64,000 bases of DNA from Alphaproteobacteria bacterium UBA3612 (GTDB taxonomy: Bacteria > Pseudomonadota > Alphaproteobacteria > Sphingomonadales > Sphingomonadaceae): assembly GCA_002375465.1 (NCBI GenBank), contig DFLT01000002.1, positions 48,389-112,388 on the forward strand, in the 5' to 3' direction. Position 1 is the first letter of the stretch. Each line of letters begins with the position of its first letter. The notes below the pieces were generated by a model. That model did not search any database and was not told the origin of the DNA. It saw nothing but the letters and a program-made list of their open reading frames with translations. Position numbers and translations under genes: made by a program. This document shows positions 32,139-42,958 of the stretch, in pieces.

Positions 32139-32974
32139 CGAGGCTGCGACCCCTGGGGACTGCGGCAGCGGTCGCGGCCGGGGCTTTCGCGCTGGTCGCC
32201 TTACTGAGGCGGGAGGATCGTAAACCGCTGCGTATGCCGCGACAGCCGCGCGCCCGCCGCCAGTTGGACAATATCGTCCTGGGTGCCGGCAGCCTTCTTG
32301 TCGCTGGCGCCGTGCAAAATTACGCGCTCGCCCCGCTTTTGGCGCGCGATGCCGGCCGCTTTGGCGCCGTGCGCTTCCTCGCTCCCTGCCTCCGTCCGCT
32401 CGCGGGGTTTCTGACGCTCGACTGGGCGATGTACTGGTGGCACCGCTGGACGCATGTTTATGCGCCTTTGTGGCGATTCCACCGGGTCCACCATGTCGAT
32501 CTGGACCTCGACATGTCGACGGCCATCCGATTTCACGCGGTGGACCAGGCGATATCGGCGCCGATGCGCATGGCGATGATCGTCTTGCTGGGCCCGGATG
32601 CGCGGACCCACGACGTTTGGAACCGGTTCTTTTTCCTCAGCGTGCTGTTTCATCACGCCAATATTCGCCTGCCGTGCAGGTGGGAGCGGCGGCTGGCGCT
32701 GTTCCTGACCACACCGCGCATGCACGGGATCCATCACATGGCACGTCGCGATGCCACCGATTCCAACTGGTCGAGCGGCATCAGCCTGTGGGACCGGTTG
32801 CATGGCAGCTTTCGCCTGGACATGCGGGCGGATGCCGTCCGCATGGGCGTCGCCGCCTATGCGCACCGTCTAAATGTCCGGCAGTCGCTTTATTTGCCCA
32901 TGGCCGACACGCGCGGCGACTGGGACGTGGGCGATTCCGCGCTTCGCAGCAGCGCCTCCGTTTCCGCGAGATAG
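32135..32974 (+). CDS. Fatty acid hydroxylase / sterol desaturase family membrane protein
   Basis: Histidine boxes HRWTH, HRVHH and HGIHH. Overlaps the pldA-like stop. Confidence 0.85.
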   Translation: MTRLRPLGTAAAVAAGAFALVALLRREDRKPLRMPRQPRARRQLDNIVLGAGSLLVAGAVQNYALAPLLARDAGRFGAVRFLAPCLRPLAGFLTLDWAMYWWHRWTHVYAPLWRFHRVHHVDLDLDMSTAIRFHAVDQAISAPMRMAMIVLLGPDARTHDVWNRFFFLSVLFHHANIRLPCRWERRLALFLTTPRMHGIHHMARRDATDSNWSSGISLWDRLHGSFRLDMRADAVRMGVAAYAHRLNVRQSLYLPMADTRGDWDVGDSALRSSASVSAR

Positions 32975-34161
32975 TCCCGCGTCAGGGGCAGTGCATAGCG
33001 GTCGCGGACATATTGAACCTGATAATTGCACATCCCGCCGGTTAGGAACGACATCTCCGCGCCCGCCAGGTAAAGCGTCCACATGCGGTAGAAACGTTCG
33101 TCGTACAGCGCGACGATGCTGTCCCTTGCCGCCTTTGTGCGATCATACCAGATTTTCAGCGTCTTGGCATAATGCAGGCGCAAGGTTTCGGTATCGGTCA
33201 TGATCAGCTTCTCGCGCTCGCTCGCCGAGACGATCTCTGACAAGGCAGGGATGTAACCGCCGGGGAAAATATATTTTGACGTAAAGCTATCGGTGACGCC
33301 GGGTCCGCCCATGCGCCCGATGGTATGAATCAGCATCACGCCATCCTGTGCCAGCAGGTTGCGGCACTTTCGAAAGAATTTCGCATAATGCGGCGGCCCG
33401 ACATGTTCGAACATGCCGACGGACACGATGCGGTCGAAGCTGCCCTCCACATCCCGATAATCGATCAGTTCGAACGTAACGCGATCCGCCAGTCCTTCTT
33501 CCTCCGCCCGCCGGCGCGCGACCTTCAATTGTTCTCGCGACAGCGTGATCCCCTTCACGCGCACGTCGAAGGTCCGCGCCAGGTACAGCGCCATGCCGCC
33601 CCAGCCGCAGCCGATATCGAGAACCGTGTGTCCCGGCTCCAGGGCCAGCTTTGCGGCGATGTGCCGTTTCTTTGCCAGCTGCGCGGTGTCCAGATCGGTG
33701 ACCCCGTCCTCGAAATAGGCGCAGCTATATTGCCAGTCCTCGTCCAGGAACAATTTATATAGGTCGTCCGACAGATCGTAATGATGGGCGACGTTGCGTT
33801 CTGAACGCTGCTTCCAGTTGAAGCGATCCAGGCGCGCGCGCATTCGCGTCAGCCGGCGTTTCAGCCCCTGCCCCTCTATGGTGCGGCCCGTGCCGAAGCT
33901 GTTATTGCGTTTGATCAGATACAGGAAATCGCGAATATCGCCGCCTTCTATCGACAGGCGGCCGTCCATGAACGCCTCTGTAAATCCCAGGCCGATATTG
34001 CTGACGATCGCGCGCGCTACTCCGGAATCATGCAGCCGCAGCGTCAAATGGCCGTAATCGGGGTCCGGTGCGCCGAATGTCCGGCGCTTGCCATTCGCGC
34101 CCACCACCGTCAGCTCGCCCCGCCGGATGAGACGATCAAGAATATGGTTCAATAGCCACAT
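32890..34161 (-). CDS. cfa: Cyclopropane-fatty-acyl-phospholipid synthase
   Basis: ATG at 34161 (MWLLNHILDRLIRRGELTVV). SAM motif VLDIGCGWGGMALYLA. 423 aa. The upstream tracked extension is non-coding. Confidence 0.9.
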   Translation of the reverse strand: MWLLNHILDRLIRRGELTVVGANGKRRTFGAPDPDYGHLTLRLHDSGVARAIVSNIGLGFTEAFMDGRLSIEGGDIRDFLYLIKRNNSFGTGRTIEGQGLKRRLTRMRARLDRFNWKQRSERNVAHHYDLSDDLYKLFLDEDWQYSCAYFEDGVTDLDTAQLAKKRHIAAKLALEPGHTVLDIGCGWGGMALYLARTFDVRVKGITLSREQLKVARRRAEEEGLADRVTFELIDYRDVEGSFDRIVSVGMFEHVGPPHYAKFFRKCRNLLAQDGVMLIHTIGRMGGPGVTDSFTSKYIFPGGYIPALSEIVSASEREKLIMTDTETLRLHYAKTLKIWYDRTKAARDSIVALYDERFYRMWTLYLAGAEMSFLTGGMCNYQVQYVRDRYALPLTRDYLAETEALLRSAESPTSQSPRVSAMGK

Positions 34162-34493
34162 ATTCCGGTCCCCTTTCTTCTCTGCCAAAAGGTAAGGATC
34201 GATTAATTCGCTCTCCGCCAGAGTAAAGAGGCGGGATCGGCGGCTTTCGCGCGATTCGCCCGCGCTTGCGTCGACCGGAATTCCTCGATCGAGTCTGCGG
34301 CCAGTTGTGCTTGAACCGCGCCCGGATGGTACGCGGCGGGCTGGTGCATGGCCTGTGGCAGCTGGTAATCCAATATCGACTGGCCGTGTGGGTGATTTGA
34401 GGCCAGCACAAAATTCAACGCTTCGTCGTTCCGACGTCGGGGGCGTTCCGGGGTGATGCCGGAACAAGAAATATCCTTATCCGTTCATAGGTT

Positions 34494-35135
34494 ATGGGCA
34501 TATTGATGACGAAAGAAGCCATGCTTCCCGGTCGACGCGCCCGGCTGAAGGCATTTCTGAAATTAAAGACCGAGCACCGCCTGGCGCGAATGGCTGTGGG
34601 TATCAGTGCCGTGGCGATCGCCGGCGCGGGCTTGGCAGACGCGCACCTCTACACGGCGCCGCCCGCCGATGTCCTGCTTGAGGGGCAGGAAGCCGGCGAC
34701 GGCGCTCTCTCCGACGCAATCGTGCCGGAGCCGGGATTTGCGAGCGAAATACCGATCATTCTGCCGGAATCGCGCGCCGATTCCGCCACGGACCCACTGG
34801 TAGAGGCTGCTGCCGAGGCTGTTGAAGCTGCGGCAGAGGAAATTGGCCTGGGCGAGGCGAGCTATTATGGCGACCGTTTCGCTGGACGTTCCACCGCCAG
34901 TGGGGAAGCCTTTGATCCCGCCCTGTTGACTGCCGCGCACCGCACCCTGCCGCTGGGCAGCACTGTTCGGGTAACCCATATGGATTCGGGAGAAAGCGTC
35001 GTCGTGAAAATCAACGACCGTGGCCCGTTCCACGGCCAGCGCATTATCGATCTGTCAAAGGCGGCTGCCCGCAAGATCGGCATGCTGGGCGCCGGCAAGG
35101 CGCGGGTGAAGCTGGAACTGCTGCGCCGCAGCTAA
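34494..35135 (+). CDS. rlpA: Septal ring lytic transglycosylase RlpA family protein (DPBB domain)
   Basis: [58 protein letters not shown] is the RlpA double-psi beta-barrel signature. The exact start is uncertain. Confidence 0.85.
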   Translation: MGILMTKEAMLPGRRARLKAFLKLKTEHRLARMAVGISAVAIAGAGLADAHLYTAPPADVLLEGQEAGDGALSDAIVPEPGFASEIPIILPESRADSATDPLVEAAAEAVEAAAEEIGLGEASYYGDRFAGRSTASGEAFDPALLTAAHRTLPLGSTVRVTHMDSGESVVVKINDRGPFHGQRIIDLSKAAARKIGMLGAGKARVKLELLRRS

Positions 35136-35199
35136 CGGGCGGCACGCCTGATAGCCCGCGCGCGGTAGGTGCGCGGTTTGGGGTGGCCCTCAGCAGTTA

Positions 35200-35238
35200 G
35201 GGAGGCGAGCCAGATTCCCCGCCTCCCCAAAATTTCTT
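35200..35238 (+). terminator. Hairpin (GGGAGGCG/CGCCTCCC) followed by a T-containing tract between convergent rlpA and the dipeptidase gene
   Basis: 8-bp perfect stem at 35200-35207 and 35220-35227, followed by CAAAATTTCTT. Confidence 0.4.
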
Positions 35239-35271
35239 CCACGAGCCTGACGACCCGACGGAGCGCTGATT

Positions 35272-36534
35272 CTATTCGCTTTCCGTGAACAGTACTTCGC
35301 TGGGCCCGCGTTCGGTCTGCAAGCGGGCGGCAACCGCTTCGGCCTGTTCCAGTGCCCGCAGGATATTGCCGCTGGAGATCTTCTTCAGCTCTTCTTCGGA
35401 ATAGCCCCGCCGCAGCAGTTCGGCGAAAAGGTCGGGATACGCCGCGACCGTCTCCATCCCGATGGCATAGCTGGGTACGCCGTCAAAATCGCCGCCCAGG
35501 CCGATAGCGTCGATTCCGGCAACCTGCTCGATATGGTCAATATGATCGGCAACATCGGAAATGGTCGCCTTTGGCGCTGGATTGGCGTTGCGCCATGCCT
35601 GCATGCCCTGATCCACCAGTTCGGGCTGATCCGGATGCAGGAATTCCAGCCGCGCCTTTTCCGCGGCTTCCTGCGCCCACCACTGGTTGAACGCGTCCTT
35701 CACAAAGCCTTCGACGAAGGTGACCATGATAACGCCGCCATTTTCAGGCAGACGCTGCAGAACCTCGTCCGGCACATTGCGAACATGGTCGGTGACCGCC
35801 CGCGCGGAGGAGTGTGAAAAGATGACCGGTGCCTGGCTCTCGTCCAGGGCGGCGTTCATCGCGGCTGCACTGACGTGGCTGAGGTCCACCAGCATGCCCA
35901 GCCGGTTCATCTCACGCACGACTTCCCGGCCGAACTCGCTCAGCCCGTTGGATTTCGGCAGGTCGGTCGCACTGTCCGCCCACGCGAGACTCTCGCCATG
36001 CGTTAACGTCATGTAACGTGCGCCAAGGTCGTAGAACTGGCGCAGAACCGCCAGCGAATTGGCAATCGAATGGCCGCCCTCTACTCCGTACATGCTGGCA
36101 ACCCGGCCAGAGGCCATGATGCGACGCACGTCCTCAGCGGTCAGGGCCTTTGCCATGCTGTCGGGATTGGCCGCGATCAGCCTGTCGGTAAGGTCGATCT
36201 GTTCCAGCGTCTGCACGACCGCCTCTGGCTCTGGCAGGCTGGCGGGCACATATACCGACCAGAATTGCGCGCCGACATGGCCTGCCTTCATCATTTCCGC
36301 ATCGGTCGCAACGTCGGCTTTGAAACGTTCCGTCAGGCGCGCATAGGGAAAATCGGACACGCGCTGGTTGTTCAGCTCGCGGATCTTGCCCGGCAGGTCG
36401 TTGTGACCGTCAAACACGGGCTGTTCGCTCAGGATCGCGTCTATGCGAGCGTCCTCGTCCTGCGCGGTGGCAGGTGCGGCCATCGCGGCCATCCCCAGAA
36501 CAAGTGAAAGCGAGGCGGCGACTGGACGAAACAT
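35272..36534 (-). CDS. Membrane dipeptidase (peptidase family M19), exported
   Basis: ATG at 36534 gives MFRPVAASLSLVLGMAAMAAPATAQ, a signal peptide. FDGHNDLP is the M19 motif. 420 aa. Confidence 0.9.
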   Translation of the reverse strand: MFRPVAASLSLVLGMAAMAAPATAQDEDARIDAILSEQPVFDGHNDLPGKIRELNNQRVSDFPYARLTERFKADVATDAEMMKAGHVGAQFWSVYVPASLPEPEAVVQTLEQIDLTDRLIAANPDSMAKALTAEDVRRIMASGRVASMYGVEGGHSIANSLAVLRQFYDLGARYMTLTHGESLAWADSATDLPKSNGLSEFGREVVREMNRLGMLVDLSHVSAAAMNAALDESQAPVIFSHSSARAVTDHVRNVPDEVLQRLPENGGVIMVTFVEGFVKDAFNQWWAQEAAEKARLEFLHPDQPELVDQGMQAWRNANPAPKATISDVADHIDHIEQVAGIDAIGLGGDFDGVPSYAIGMETVAAYPDLFAELLRRGYSEEELKKISSGNILRALEQAEAVAARLQTERGPSEVLFTESE

Positions 36535-36646
36535 TGGGAAACTCCCCCATATATGCAGATCAGGGCCGGACGACAGGAATGGCGCCAGCCTGCGGTAACC
36601 CGTCGGAGTGTCATCGCCCCTCGGATCCTGGACCGCCTTGGCGCGG

Positions 36647-36784
36647 TCAGAAATCGACCGCAATGCCTTTTTTCTCCCAGTCGCCGTAGCGCGTGGGCTC
36701 GGGCCCCTTGCGGCCACCGACTTCCTTCTGGTCGGTTTTTACGGGTTCCGGTTCGGGCGGTGGCGGCGTATCGGTCTTGCTCAT
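36647..36784 (-). CDS. DUF1674 (SDHAF4-like) small protein, 45 aa; absent from the supplied ORF track
   Basis: Manual translation gives MSKTDTPPPPEPEPVKTDQKEVGGRKGPEPTRYGDWEKKGIAVDF. The C-terminal GPEPTRYGDWExKG..DF is the DUF1674 hallmark. Confidence 0.8.
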   Translation of the reverse strand: MSKTDTPPPPEPEPVKTDQKEVGGRKGPEPTRYGDWEKKGIAVDF

Positions 36785-36860
36785 ATTTCGCACTGTAACG
36801 GCTTTCCGCCTTTGACGCTAAGAGCGAATTGAACTTCTTGCGCGGAAAGGGGCGACGGAC

Positions 36861-37721
36861 ATGTTATCGTTGAACGGTCGAACGATCGCGCTGACGGGCG
36901 CCGGCAGCGGCATTGGCCGCGCGCTTGCCGTCGCCATGGCGCGCAAGGGGGCGACCGTTGCCCTGGCCGACCGGGATGCAGAGGGGTTGGCGTACACCAG
37001 CCGCATGCTGGGGGATTATCCGCATTCGACGCGCCTGTTCGATGTCACGGACCACGGCGTTCTGGAGGCGTGGATAGACGAGGTCGCGGCGGAGTTCGGC
37101 GCGCTGCACGGGATCATCAACAATGCAGGCCTCAGCGTGATTGCGCCGTTCGAACATATGCCGGCGGCAGACTTCGACTGCGTCATGGACGTGAATTTCA
37201 ATGCCGTGGTCCGGGGATGCCGGGCCGCCCTGCCGCATGTGAAGGCAACCGACGGCGGCTGGATCGTGAATATTTCCAGTGTGTTCGGCCTGATGGGCTA
37301 TCCAACGCAGAGCGCCTACAACGCCTCCAAGTTCGCCGTGCGCGGCCTCAGCGAGGCAATGCATCTGGAACTGGGGATGACGGCCCCGCACGTTCGCGTG
37401 GTACGTGTCCATCCCGGGGGCATAAAGACCCGCGTTGCGCACAATGCCAAATTCATCCGCGGGATAGAGGGGGCCGGGGATCAATCCGCGCCTGGGGGCA
37501 TGCATGACCCGGACGGCTTTGTCGCCGCCAGTCCCACATCGCCCGAAGCGGCGGCAGACGCGATCATCCGAGGGATGGAGACCGGCGCACACCGCATCCT
37601 TATCGGCCGGGATGCCCGCATGGTGGACTGGCTGACGCGGCTGATGCCAGTAAACTATTGGCGCCGCATCGGCCCATTCCTTGGCGCGAAGGCCGCATCG
37701 AATAGGAAGGTTACATCCTGA
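36861..37721 (+). CDS. Short-chain dehydrogenase/reductase (SDR)
   Basis: TGAGSGIGRALA cofactor motif and the YNASK catalytic motif. 286 aa. Confidence 0.9.
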   Translation: MLSLNGRTIALTGAGSGIGRALAVAMARKGATVALADRDAEGLAYTSRMLGDYPHSTRLFDVTDHGVLEAWIDEVAAEFGALHGIINNAGLSVIAPFEHMPAADFDCVMDVNFNAVVRGCRAALPHVKATDGGWIVNISSVFGLMGYPTQSAYNASKFAVRGLSEAMHLELGMTAPHVRVVRVHPGGIKTRVAHNAKFIRGIEGAGDQSAPGGMHDPDGFVAASPTSPEAAADAIIRGMETGAHRILIGRDARMVDWLTRLMPVNYWRRIGPFLGAKAASNRKVTS

Positions 37722-37768
37722 CCCAGCATCCCGCAGGCCTCCCCGCCCGCCGCGCCGCCCTGACCCTG

Positions 37769-38983
37769 TTGCAGGCCGTTCTGTGGCGCAAACAGGCGCT
37801 GGAGGCGGCACTGCCGCGCGCGCTGAGAAAGATCGAGGCCCCAGCCGATCGCGGGCTGGCCCGATCCATCGCCAGCCTGACATTACGTTGGCTGCCTGAC
37901 CTAGACGATCTGATCGATGGCGCGACGGAGCGCACATTATCACCAGAGGCACCTGCACGCATGGTGCTAAGGATCGCGCTGACCCAGGCATTGGTGTTGA
38001 AAACGCCGGATCATGCCGTCGTGTCGACGGCGCTGCCTCTCGTCGAGGGCGCGCCCCGGCGTCTGGTGCATGGCGTGCTGGCCCGCCTGCTGCGCGAAAG
38101 TGCTGAACTGCCCGAACATCCGACGTTGCCCGACCCCTGGGCGACGCGGTGGACACTCAGCTGGGGGGAAGAGGTGGTTGCCGCGGCGGGAAGAAGCCTG
38201 GCCCAGCCCGCGCCGGTCGACCTGCAATTCGGCCGCGACTTTCCCGCGCCCGAGGGGGGCATCAGCCTGCTGCCAAATCATGTGCGGCTGCCCGCCGGCG
38301 GGCGCATCGAAGACATTCCCGGCTTTCAGGAGGGTGCATGGTGGGTGCAGGATATTGCCGCCAGCCTGCCCGCCCGCATATTGGCGCCGACGCCGGGGGA
38401 ACGCGTGCTCGACATGGCGGCGGCGCCCGGCGGCAAGACGATGCAGCTTGCCGCCGCAGGCGCGCAGGTTACCGCGCTCGATCCCAGCAATGTCAGGATC
38501 GAGCGCCTGCGCGAAAATCTGGCGCGTACCGGCCTGTCGGCAGAAATCGTCGAGACCGATGCCCTGGCCTATACGATGGATAGCCCGTTCGACGCGGTTT
38601 TGCTGGATGCGCCCTGTTCCGGCACGGGAATTTTTCGGCGGCATCCCGATGTTCTTCATCTGCGTCAGCCCAACCGCATGGGGGAGATCGTGGCGCTGCA
38701 GGCGCGCCTGCTGGATCATGCGGCATCGCTGACCCGTCCCGGTGGCCGTCTGGTCTATTCGGTATGTTCCCTCGAACAGCGAGAGGGGGAGGAGCAGATC
38801 GCCGCCTTTCTGAAACGCATGCCGGGCTGGAACACAGCGCCCGACCCCACTGATCGATTGCCCAAAGGTGTCGAGCTGACAGCGGCAGGCTGGGTACGGA
38901 CATTACCGGGAATGCTCGAATCCGTAGGCGGCCTGGACGGTTTTTTCATCGCCGAGCTGACGGCGCCGGAACGACCGGCCTGA
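37769..38983 (+). CDS. RsmB/NOP-family SAM-dependent RNA (cytosine-C5) methyltransferase
   Basis: Motifs DMAAAPGGKT, DAPCSGTG and YSVCSL. TTG start. The frame is open from 37706 but has no ATG or GTG upstream. Confidence 0.85.
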   Translation: MQAVLWRKQALEAALPRALRKIEAPADRGLARSIASLTLRWLPDLDDLIDGATERTLSPEAPARMVLRIALTQALVLKTPDHAVVSTALPLVEGAPRRLVHGVLARLLRESAELPEHPTLPDPWATRWTLSWGEEVVAAAGRSLAQPAPVDLQFGRDFPAPEGGISLLPNHVRLPAGGRIEDIPGFQEGAWWVQDIAASLPARILAPTPGERVLDMAAAPGGKTMQLAAAGAQVTALDPSNVRIERLRENLARTGLSAEIVETDALAYTMDSPFDAVLLDAPCSGTGIFRRHPDVLHLRQPNRMGEIVALQARLLDHAASLTRPGGRLVYSVCSLEQREGEEQIAAFLKRMPGWNTAPDPTDRLPKGVELTAAGWVRTLPGMLESVGGLDGFFIAELTAPERPA

Positions 38984-39070
38984 TATTCCGCCCCGAAAAT
39001 GGGACGGCCCGCCATATTTTTCGGAACGCCCCGCTTTCAACCCTGTCCGCACCGCCCCTATATGGAGAGC

Positions 39071-39727
39071 ATGAACGACATTCGCATCGCACCGTCCATC
39101 CTTTCCGCTGACTTTGCAAATTTGGGAGAGGAGGTGCGCGCCATCGACGCTGCAGGCGCGGATTATATCCATGTGGACGTGATGGACGGGCATTTCGTGC
39201 CGAACATCACCATCGGGCCGGCGGTCGTGAAGGCGTTGCGCCCGCACACGCAAAAGCCGTTCGACGTTCATTTGATGATTGCGCCGGTGGACACCTATCT
39301 GGAAGCCTTTGCGGAGGCTGGTGCCGACATATTGAGCGTGCATCCCGAATCGGGCCCGCACCTTCATCGAACCATCCAGACCATCGCGTCCCTGGGAAAG
39401 CGCGCCGGGCTCGTCCTGAACCCCGCAACGCCGCTCGACATACTCGACCATGTGATAGACGATCTCGACCTGATTTTGGTGATGAGCGTCAATCCGGGCT
39501 TCGGCGGCCAAAGCTTCATCCATTCGCAGCTTAACAAGATCGAGGCGATCCGTAAGCGTATCGACGCGACGGGGAAGTCCATCGACCTGGAGGTGGATGG
39601 CGGCATTGATGCGGAAACTTCGCGTCTGGCGCGCTCTGCGGGCGCTGATGTCCTCGTCGCCGGCACGGCGACCTTCCGGGGTGGGCCGGACCGTTATGCG
39701 GCCAATATCGCAGCTTTGCGCGGGTGA
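39071..39727 (+). CDS. rpe: Ribulose-phosphate 3-epimerase
   Basis: MNDIRIAPSILSADFANLGEEVRAIDAAGADYIHVDVMDGHFVPN is the canonical Rpe N-terminus. An alternative ATG lies at 39062. Confidence 0.93.
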   Translation: MNDIRIAPSILSADFANLGEEVRAIDAAGADYIHVDVMDGHFVPNITIGPAVVKALRPHTQKPFDVHLMIAPVDTYLEAFAEAGADILSVHPESGPHLHRTIQTIASLGKRAGLVLNPATPLDILDHVIDDLDLILVMSVNPGFGGQSFIHSQLNKIEAIRKRIDATGKSIDLEVDGGIDAETSRLARSAGADVLVAGTATFRGGPDRYAANIAALRG

Positions 39728-41307
39728 GCCTCGCGGAACTATTGGGCTTTCGCCGCCGGGTTCCGGTACGCTTCCGCACGACCGTTGCGGATCCGATAGA
39801 GGGCGACCGGGCGCGTGGGCGGGCATTGACGCGTGGCGAGATTACGCTCGCTGGGGAAACGCTTTACCTGCGCGGCGCCGACTGGACGATGGCGGGCGCC
39901 TCGGACCGATTCCGCACCCATGTGCATGGATTCTACTGGCTGCGCGACATGGCGGGGGTTCTGCCGCCGGACCGCGGTGGGGAATTCGTGCGACCGATAA
40001 TTTCCGGCTGGCTGGCTGCGCATGGTGACCCTGACGCCGACGCCTGGCGCGCCGACCGCATCGGCGCGCGGCTGGCCTTCTGGGCACTTTACGCACCCTA
40101 TATTCTCGGCACGAACGACACCGACTATCGGTCTGCGGTTCTCAGTCATTACGTCCGCGCGGCAACCCATGCGGAGCGCAACATGGCAAAGGCGCCGCCC
40201 GGCCTGCCGCGCATCGTGGCGGCCAGCGGTCTCGTCATTGCCGGCCTGCTGTTGGAACGTAATGAAAAGCGTCTCGCCCAGGCGGAGACCCTGCTGGACG
40301 GGGCCCTTGGATCCGTCGTCCTGCAACATGGTTTGCCGTCCAGCCGCGCGCCCGCCGATCTGATGGCGGTGATGGAGTGGCTGCATGTCCTGCGCACGGC
40401 CTACGAAGCACGCGGCGAGGAGTGGCCGGAGGCGCAGCAGGGTGCCGACAGCCGCGCTCGGGCGGGGCTGCGCGCGGCACGACTGGGCGACGGCCGGCTA
40501 AGCGCCATGCACGGCGGGGACAATTATGCGCCTGCCCTGATCGACCATTATCTTGCCTGGCCGGGCAGGGCGGCGCGGGGTCTTGGCGCAGGTGCAGAAT
40601 CCGGTCTCCAGCGCCTGGAAAGTGGGCGCACGGTCGTGACCGTGGATGCGGCGCCACCGCCCGATTCCGATATTAACGACCACGGCCATGCCGGCGCGCT
40701 CGCCTTTGAATTTTCCGATGGTGAGGAGCGGATCGTCACGAATGTCGGCGGCGCTCCGCGCGATTCGCGTCTGACGCAGGCTGTGCGGACGACGGCGGCG
40801 CATTCGACACTGACCGTGGATGACATCAACCAGAGCGAGTTGCGCGACGGCGAACCCCTTGGTTCCGGCGTCGACACGGTGGAGGTGTCACGACGCGAAA
40901 GCGAAGAGGGCCAGTGGCTTGACATGACGCACGACGGCTATCGTAAGCGTCTCGGTCTGATGCACGGACGCCGCCTGTTCCTGGCGGCGGGGGGGACGGA
41001 CCTACGCGGGGAGGATCGGCTGGAGCCTGTTCAGCGCAAGGGGCGGCAGGAATATCCCTTCGCGCTACGGTTCCACTTGGTTCCCGGAACGGATGTTGCC
41101 CCTACCGCCGACGGTCGCGGCGCCGTTGTGAAAACGGCACAGGGCAAGATGTGGCAATTGAAGGTGTCTGCCGGTAATCTGACGGTAGACGCCAGCCTGT
41201 GGATCGACGAGGAGGGCCGCGCAAAGCCGTCGCGGCAACTGGTCGTGACCGGCGAAACCTCCGCCGACGGGGCGACTCTCCGCTGGCGCTTCAACAAGGT
41301 GAGATAG
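39724..41307 (+). CDS. Heparinase II/III family protein
   Basis: 527 aa. The GTG start overlaps the rpe stop. The C-terminal [19 protein letters not shown]... is typical of the heparinase II/III-like domain. Its position directly upstream of purH is common in alphaproteobacteria. Confidence 0.75.
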   Translation: MSLAELLGFRRRVPVRFRTTVADPIEGDRARGRALTRGEITLAGETLYLRGADWTMAGASDRFRTHVHGFYWLRDMAGVLPPDRGGEFVRPIISGWLAAHGDPDADAWRADRIGARLAFWALYAPYILGTNDTDYRSAVLSHYVRAATHAERNMAKAPPGLPRIVAASGLVIAGLLLERNEKRLAQAETLLDGALGSVVLQHGLPSSRAPADLMAVMEWLHVLRTAYEARGEEWPEAQQGADSRARAGLRAARLGDGRLSAMHGGDNYAPALIDHYLAWPGRAARGLGAGAESGLQRLESGRTVVTVDAAPPPDSDINDHGHAGALAFEFSDGEERIVTNVGGAPRDSRLTQAVRTTAAHSTLTVDDINQSELRDGEPLGSGVDTVEVSRRESEEGQWLDMTHDGYRKRLGLMHGRRLFLAAGGTDLRGEDRLEPVQRKGRQEYPFALRFHLVPGTDVAPTADGRGAVVKTAQGKMWQLKVSAGNLTVDASLWIDEEGRAKPSRQLVVTGETSADGATLRWRFNKVR

Positions 41308-41308
41308 A

Positions 41309-42895
41309 ATGATCGATCAGCTGCCCGTGCGGCGTGCACTCCTTTCCGTATCGGACAAGGATGGCCTTGCCGCGTTTGGCCGCAAACTCGTCGCTGCTGG
41401 CGTCGAGCTGATTTCGACGGGCGGCACGGCCAAGGCTTTGCGCGATGCGGGACTGAAGGTCGCCGATGTCAGCGACGTCACCGGTTTCCCCGAAATGATG
41501 GATGGACGCGTAAAGACGCTGCATCCGCTCGTGCATGGCGGCCTGTTGGGTGTGCGCGGCAATAGTGAGCATGAAGCATCGATGGCCGAACATGGCATTG
41601 CGCCGATCGACCTCGTTGTCGTCAATCTCTACCCTTTTGCAGAAACCGTGGCGCGGGGCGCGCATCGGGACGAAATCATAGAGAATATCGATATTGGCGG
41701 CCCGTCGATGGTGCGCTCGGCGGCAAAGAACCACGCTGCGGTTGCCATCGTAACCGATCCTGCGGACTATGATGCGATTGCAGCGGAAATCGAGGGCGGC
41801 GGTACCCGCCTCGCCACGCGCAAGAAACTGGCGGCAAAGGCTTTTGCCGCCACCGCCAGCTATGACAGCGCGATCGCATCCTGGTTCGCCTTCTCCGATC
41901 AGGGCGAGCAGTTCCCCGACATGCTGACCCTTTCCTTGAAACGCGGAGCGACGGAACTGCGCTATGGCGAAAACCCGCATCAGGCGGCAGCCATCTACAT
42001 GCCCATGGGCCCGCACGGAAACGGCGTTGGGCAGGCGGAGCAGGTTCAGGGCAAGGCGCTCAGCTATAATAATCTGAACGATGCCGAGGGCGCGCTGGAA
42101 TTGATCAGCGAATTTGTCGGGTCGCAGCCCACGATCGCCATCATAAAGCACGCCAATCCCTGCGGTGTTGCCGGGGCGGAGGACCTTGCCGCCGCCTATG
42201 CGGCGGCGCTTGCGTGCGATCCGGTGTCTGCGTTCGGCGGTATCATCGCCGCGAACCGCCCCCTCGACGAGGCGGCTGCCCGCGCCATCACCAACATCTT
42301 TACAGAGGTGGTGATCGCCCCCGATGCGGATGAGGCGGCGCGCGCCATTTTCGCGGGAAAGAAGAATTTGCGGCTGCTCCTGACCGGCGAGCTGCCTAAC
42401 CCCACCCGTGGCGGGCTGACATTAAAGAGCATCAATGGCGGTTATCTCGTCCAGTCGCGCGACGATGGTCAATTGGCAGAAGAGATGCAGGTGGTGTCAA
42501 AACGCGCGCCGACGCTCGCAGAGATGGCAGACATGGCCTTTGCCTGGCGGGTTGCGAAACACGTCAAATCGAACGCCATCGTCTATGCGAAGGACGGCGC
42601 CACGGCGGGCATCGGTGCAGGTCAGATGAGCCGCCTTGATTCGGCCCGCATCGCCGCATGGAAGGCGCGCGACGCGGCGGAGGCTGCTGGCTGGGCGGAA
42701 CCCAGAACGATTGGCAGCGCGGTTGCCTCCGACGCCTTCTTGCCCTTCGCCGATGGCCTGATCGCAGCGGCAGAGGCCGGAGCGACGGCAATTATCCAGC
42801 CGGGGGGATCGATCCGCGACGAGGAAGTAATCGCCGCCGCCGATGAGCGCGATCTCGCCATGGCGTTCACCGGGATGCGTCATTTCCGGCATTAA
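41309..42895 (+). CDS. purH: Bifunctional AICAR transformylase / IMP cyclohydrolase
   Basis: 528 aa. [13 protein letters not shown]...[10 protein letters not shown]...GRVKTLHP is the canonical PurH pattern. Confidence 0.96.
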   Translation: MIDQLPVRRALLSVSDKDGLAAFGRKLVAAGVELISTGGTAKALRDAGLKVADVSDVTGFPEMMDGRVKTLHPLVHGGLLGVRGNSEHEASMAEHGIAPIDLVVVNLYPFAETVARGAHRDEIIENIDIGGPSMVRSAAKNHAAVAIVTDPADYDAIAAEIEGGGTRLATRKKLAAKAFAATASYDSAIASWFAFSDQGEQFPDMLTLSLKRGATELRYGENPHQAAAIYMPMGPHGNGVGQAEQVQGKALSYNNLNDAEGALELISEFVGSQPTIAIIKHANPCGVAGAEDLAAAYAAALACDPVSAFGGIIAANRPLDEAAARAITNIFTEVVIAPDADEAARAIFAGKKNLRLLLTGELPNPTRGGLTLKSINGGYLVQSRDDGQLAEEMQVVSKRAPTLAEMADMAFAWRVAKHVKSNAIVYAKDGATAGIGAGQMSRLDSARIAAWKARDAAEAAGWAEPRTIGSAVASDAFLPFADGLIAAAEAGATAIIQPGGSIRDEEVIAAADERDLAMAFTGMRHFRH

Positions 42896-42903
42896 CAGAA
42901 AAT

Positions 42904-42936
42904 CAGTGGCGCCCACCCTCGGGATGGGCGCCACTG
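42904..42936. terminator. 12-bp perfect hairpin between convergent purH and the 83-aa gene; the T-tract is on the minus-strand side
   Basis: CAGTGGCGCCCA (42904-42915) and TGGGCGCCACTG (42925-42936). On the minus strand the stem is followed by ATTTTCTGTT. Confidence 0.5.
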
Positions 42937-42958
42937 GCGCGTGGTCGCCGCAAACGGC

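Noticed and set aside
34203-34418. 71-aa minus-strand ORF in the 330-bp cfa-rlpA gap
   Set aside because: Its GC3 is only moderate compared with neighbouring genes, and it has no RBS or motif that I can recognise. It is left unannotated but cannot be excluded as a small protein or leader.
36864-38156. 430-aa minus-strand ORF
   Set aside because: It is antisense to the SDR and RsmB-family genes, both of which have clear motifs.
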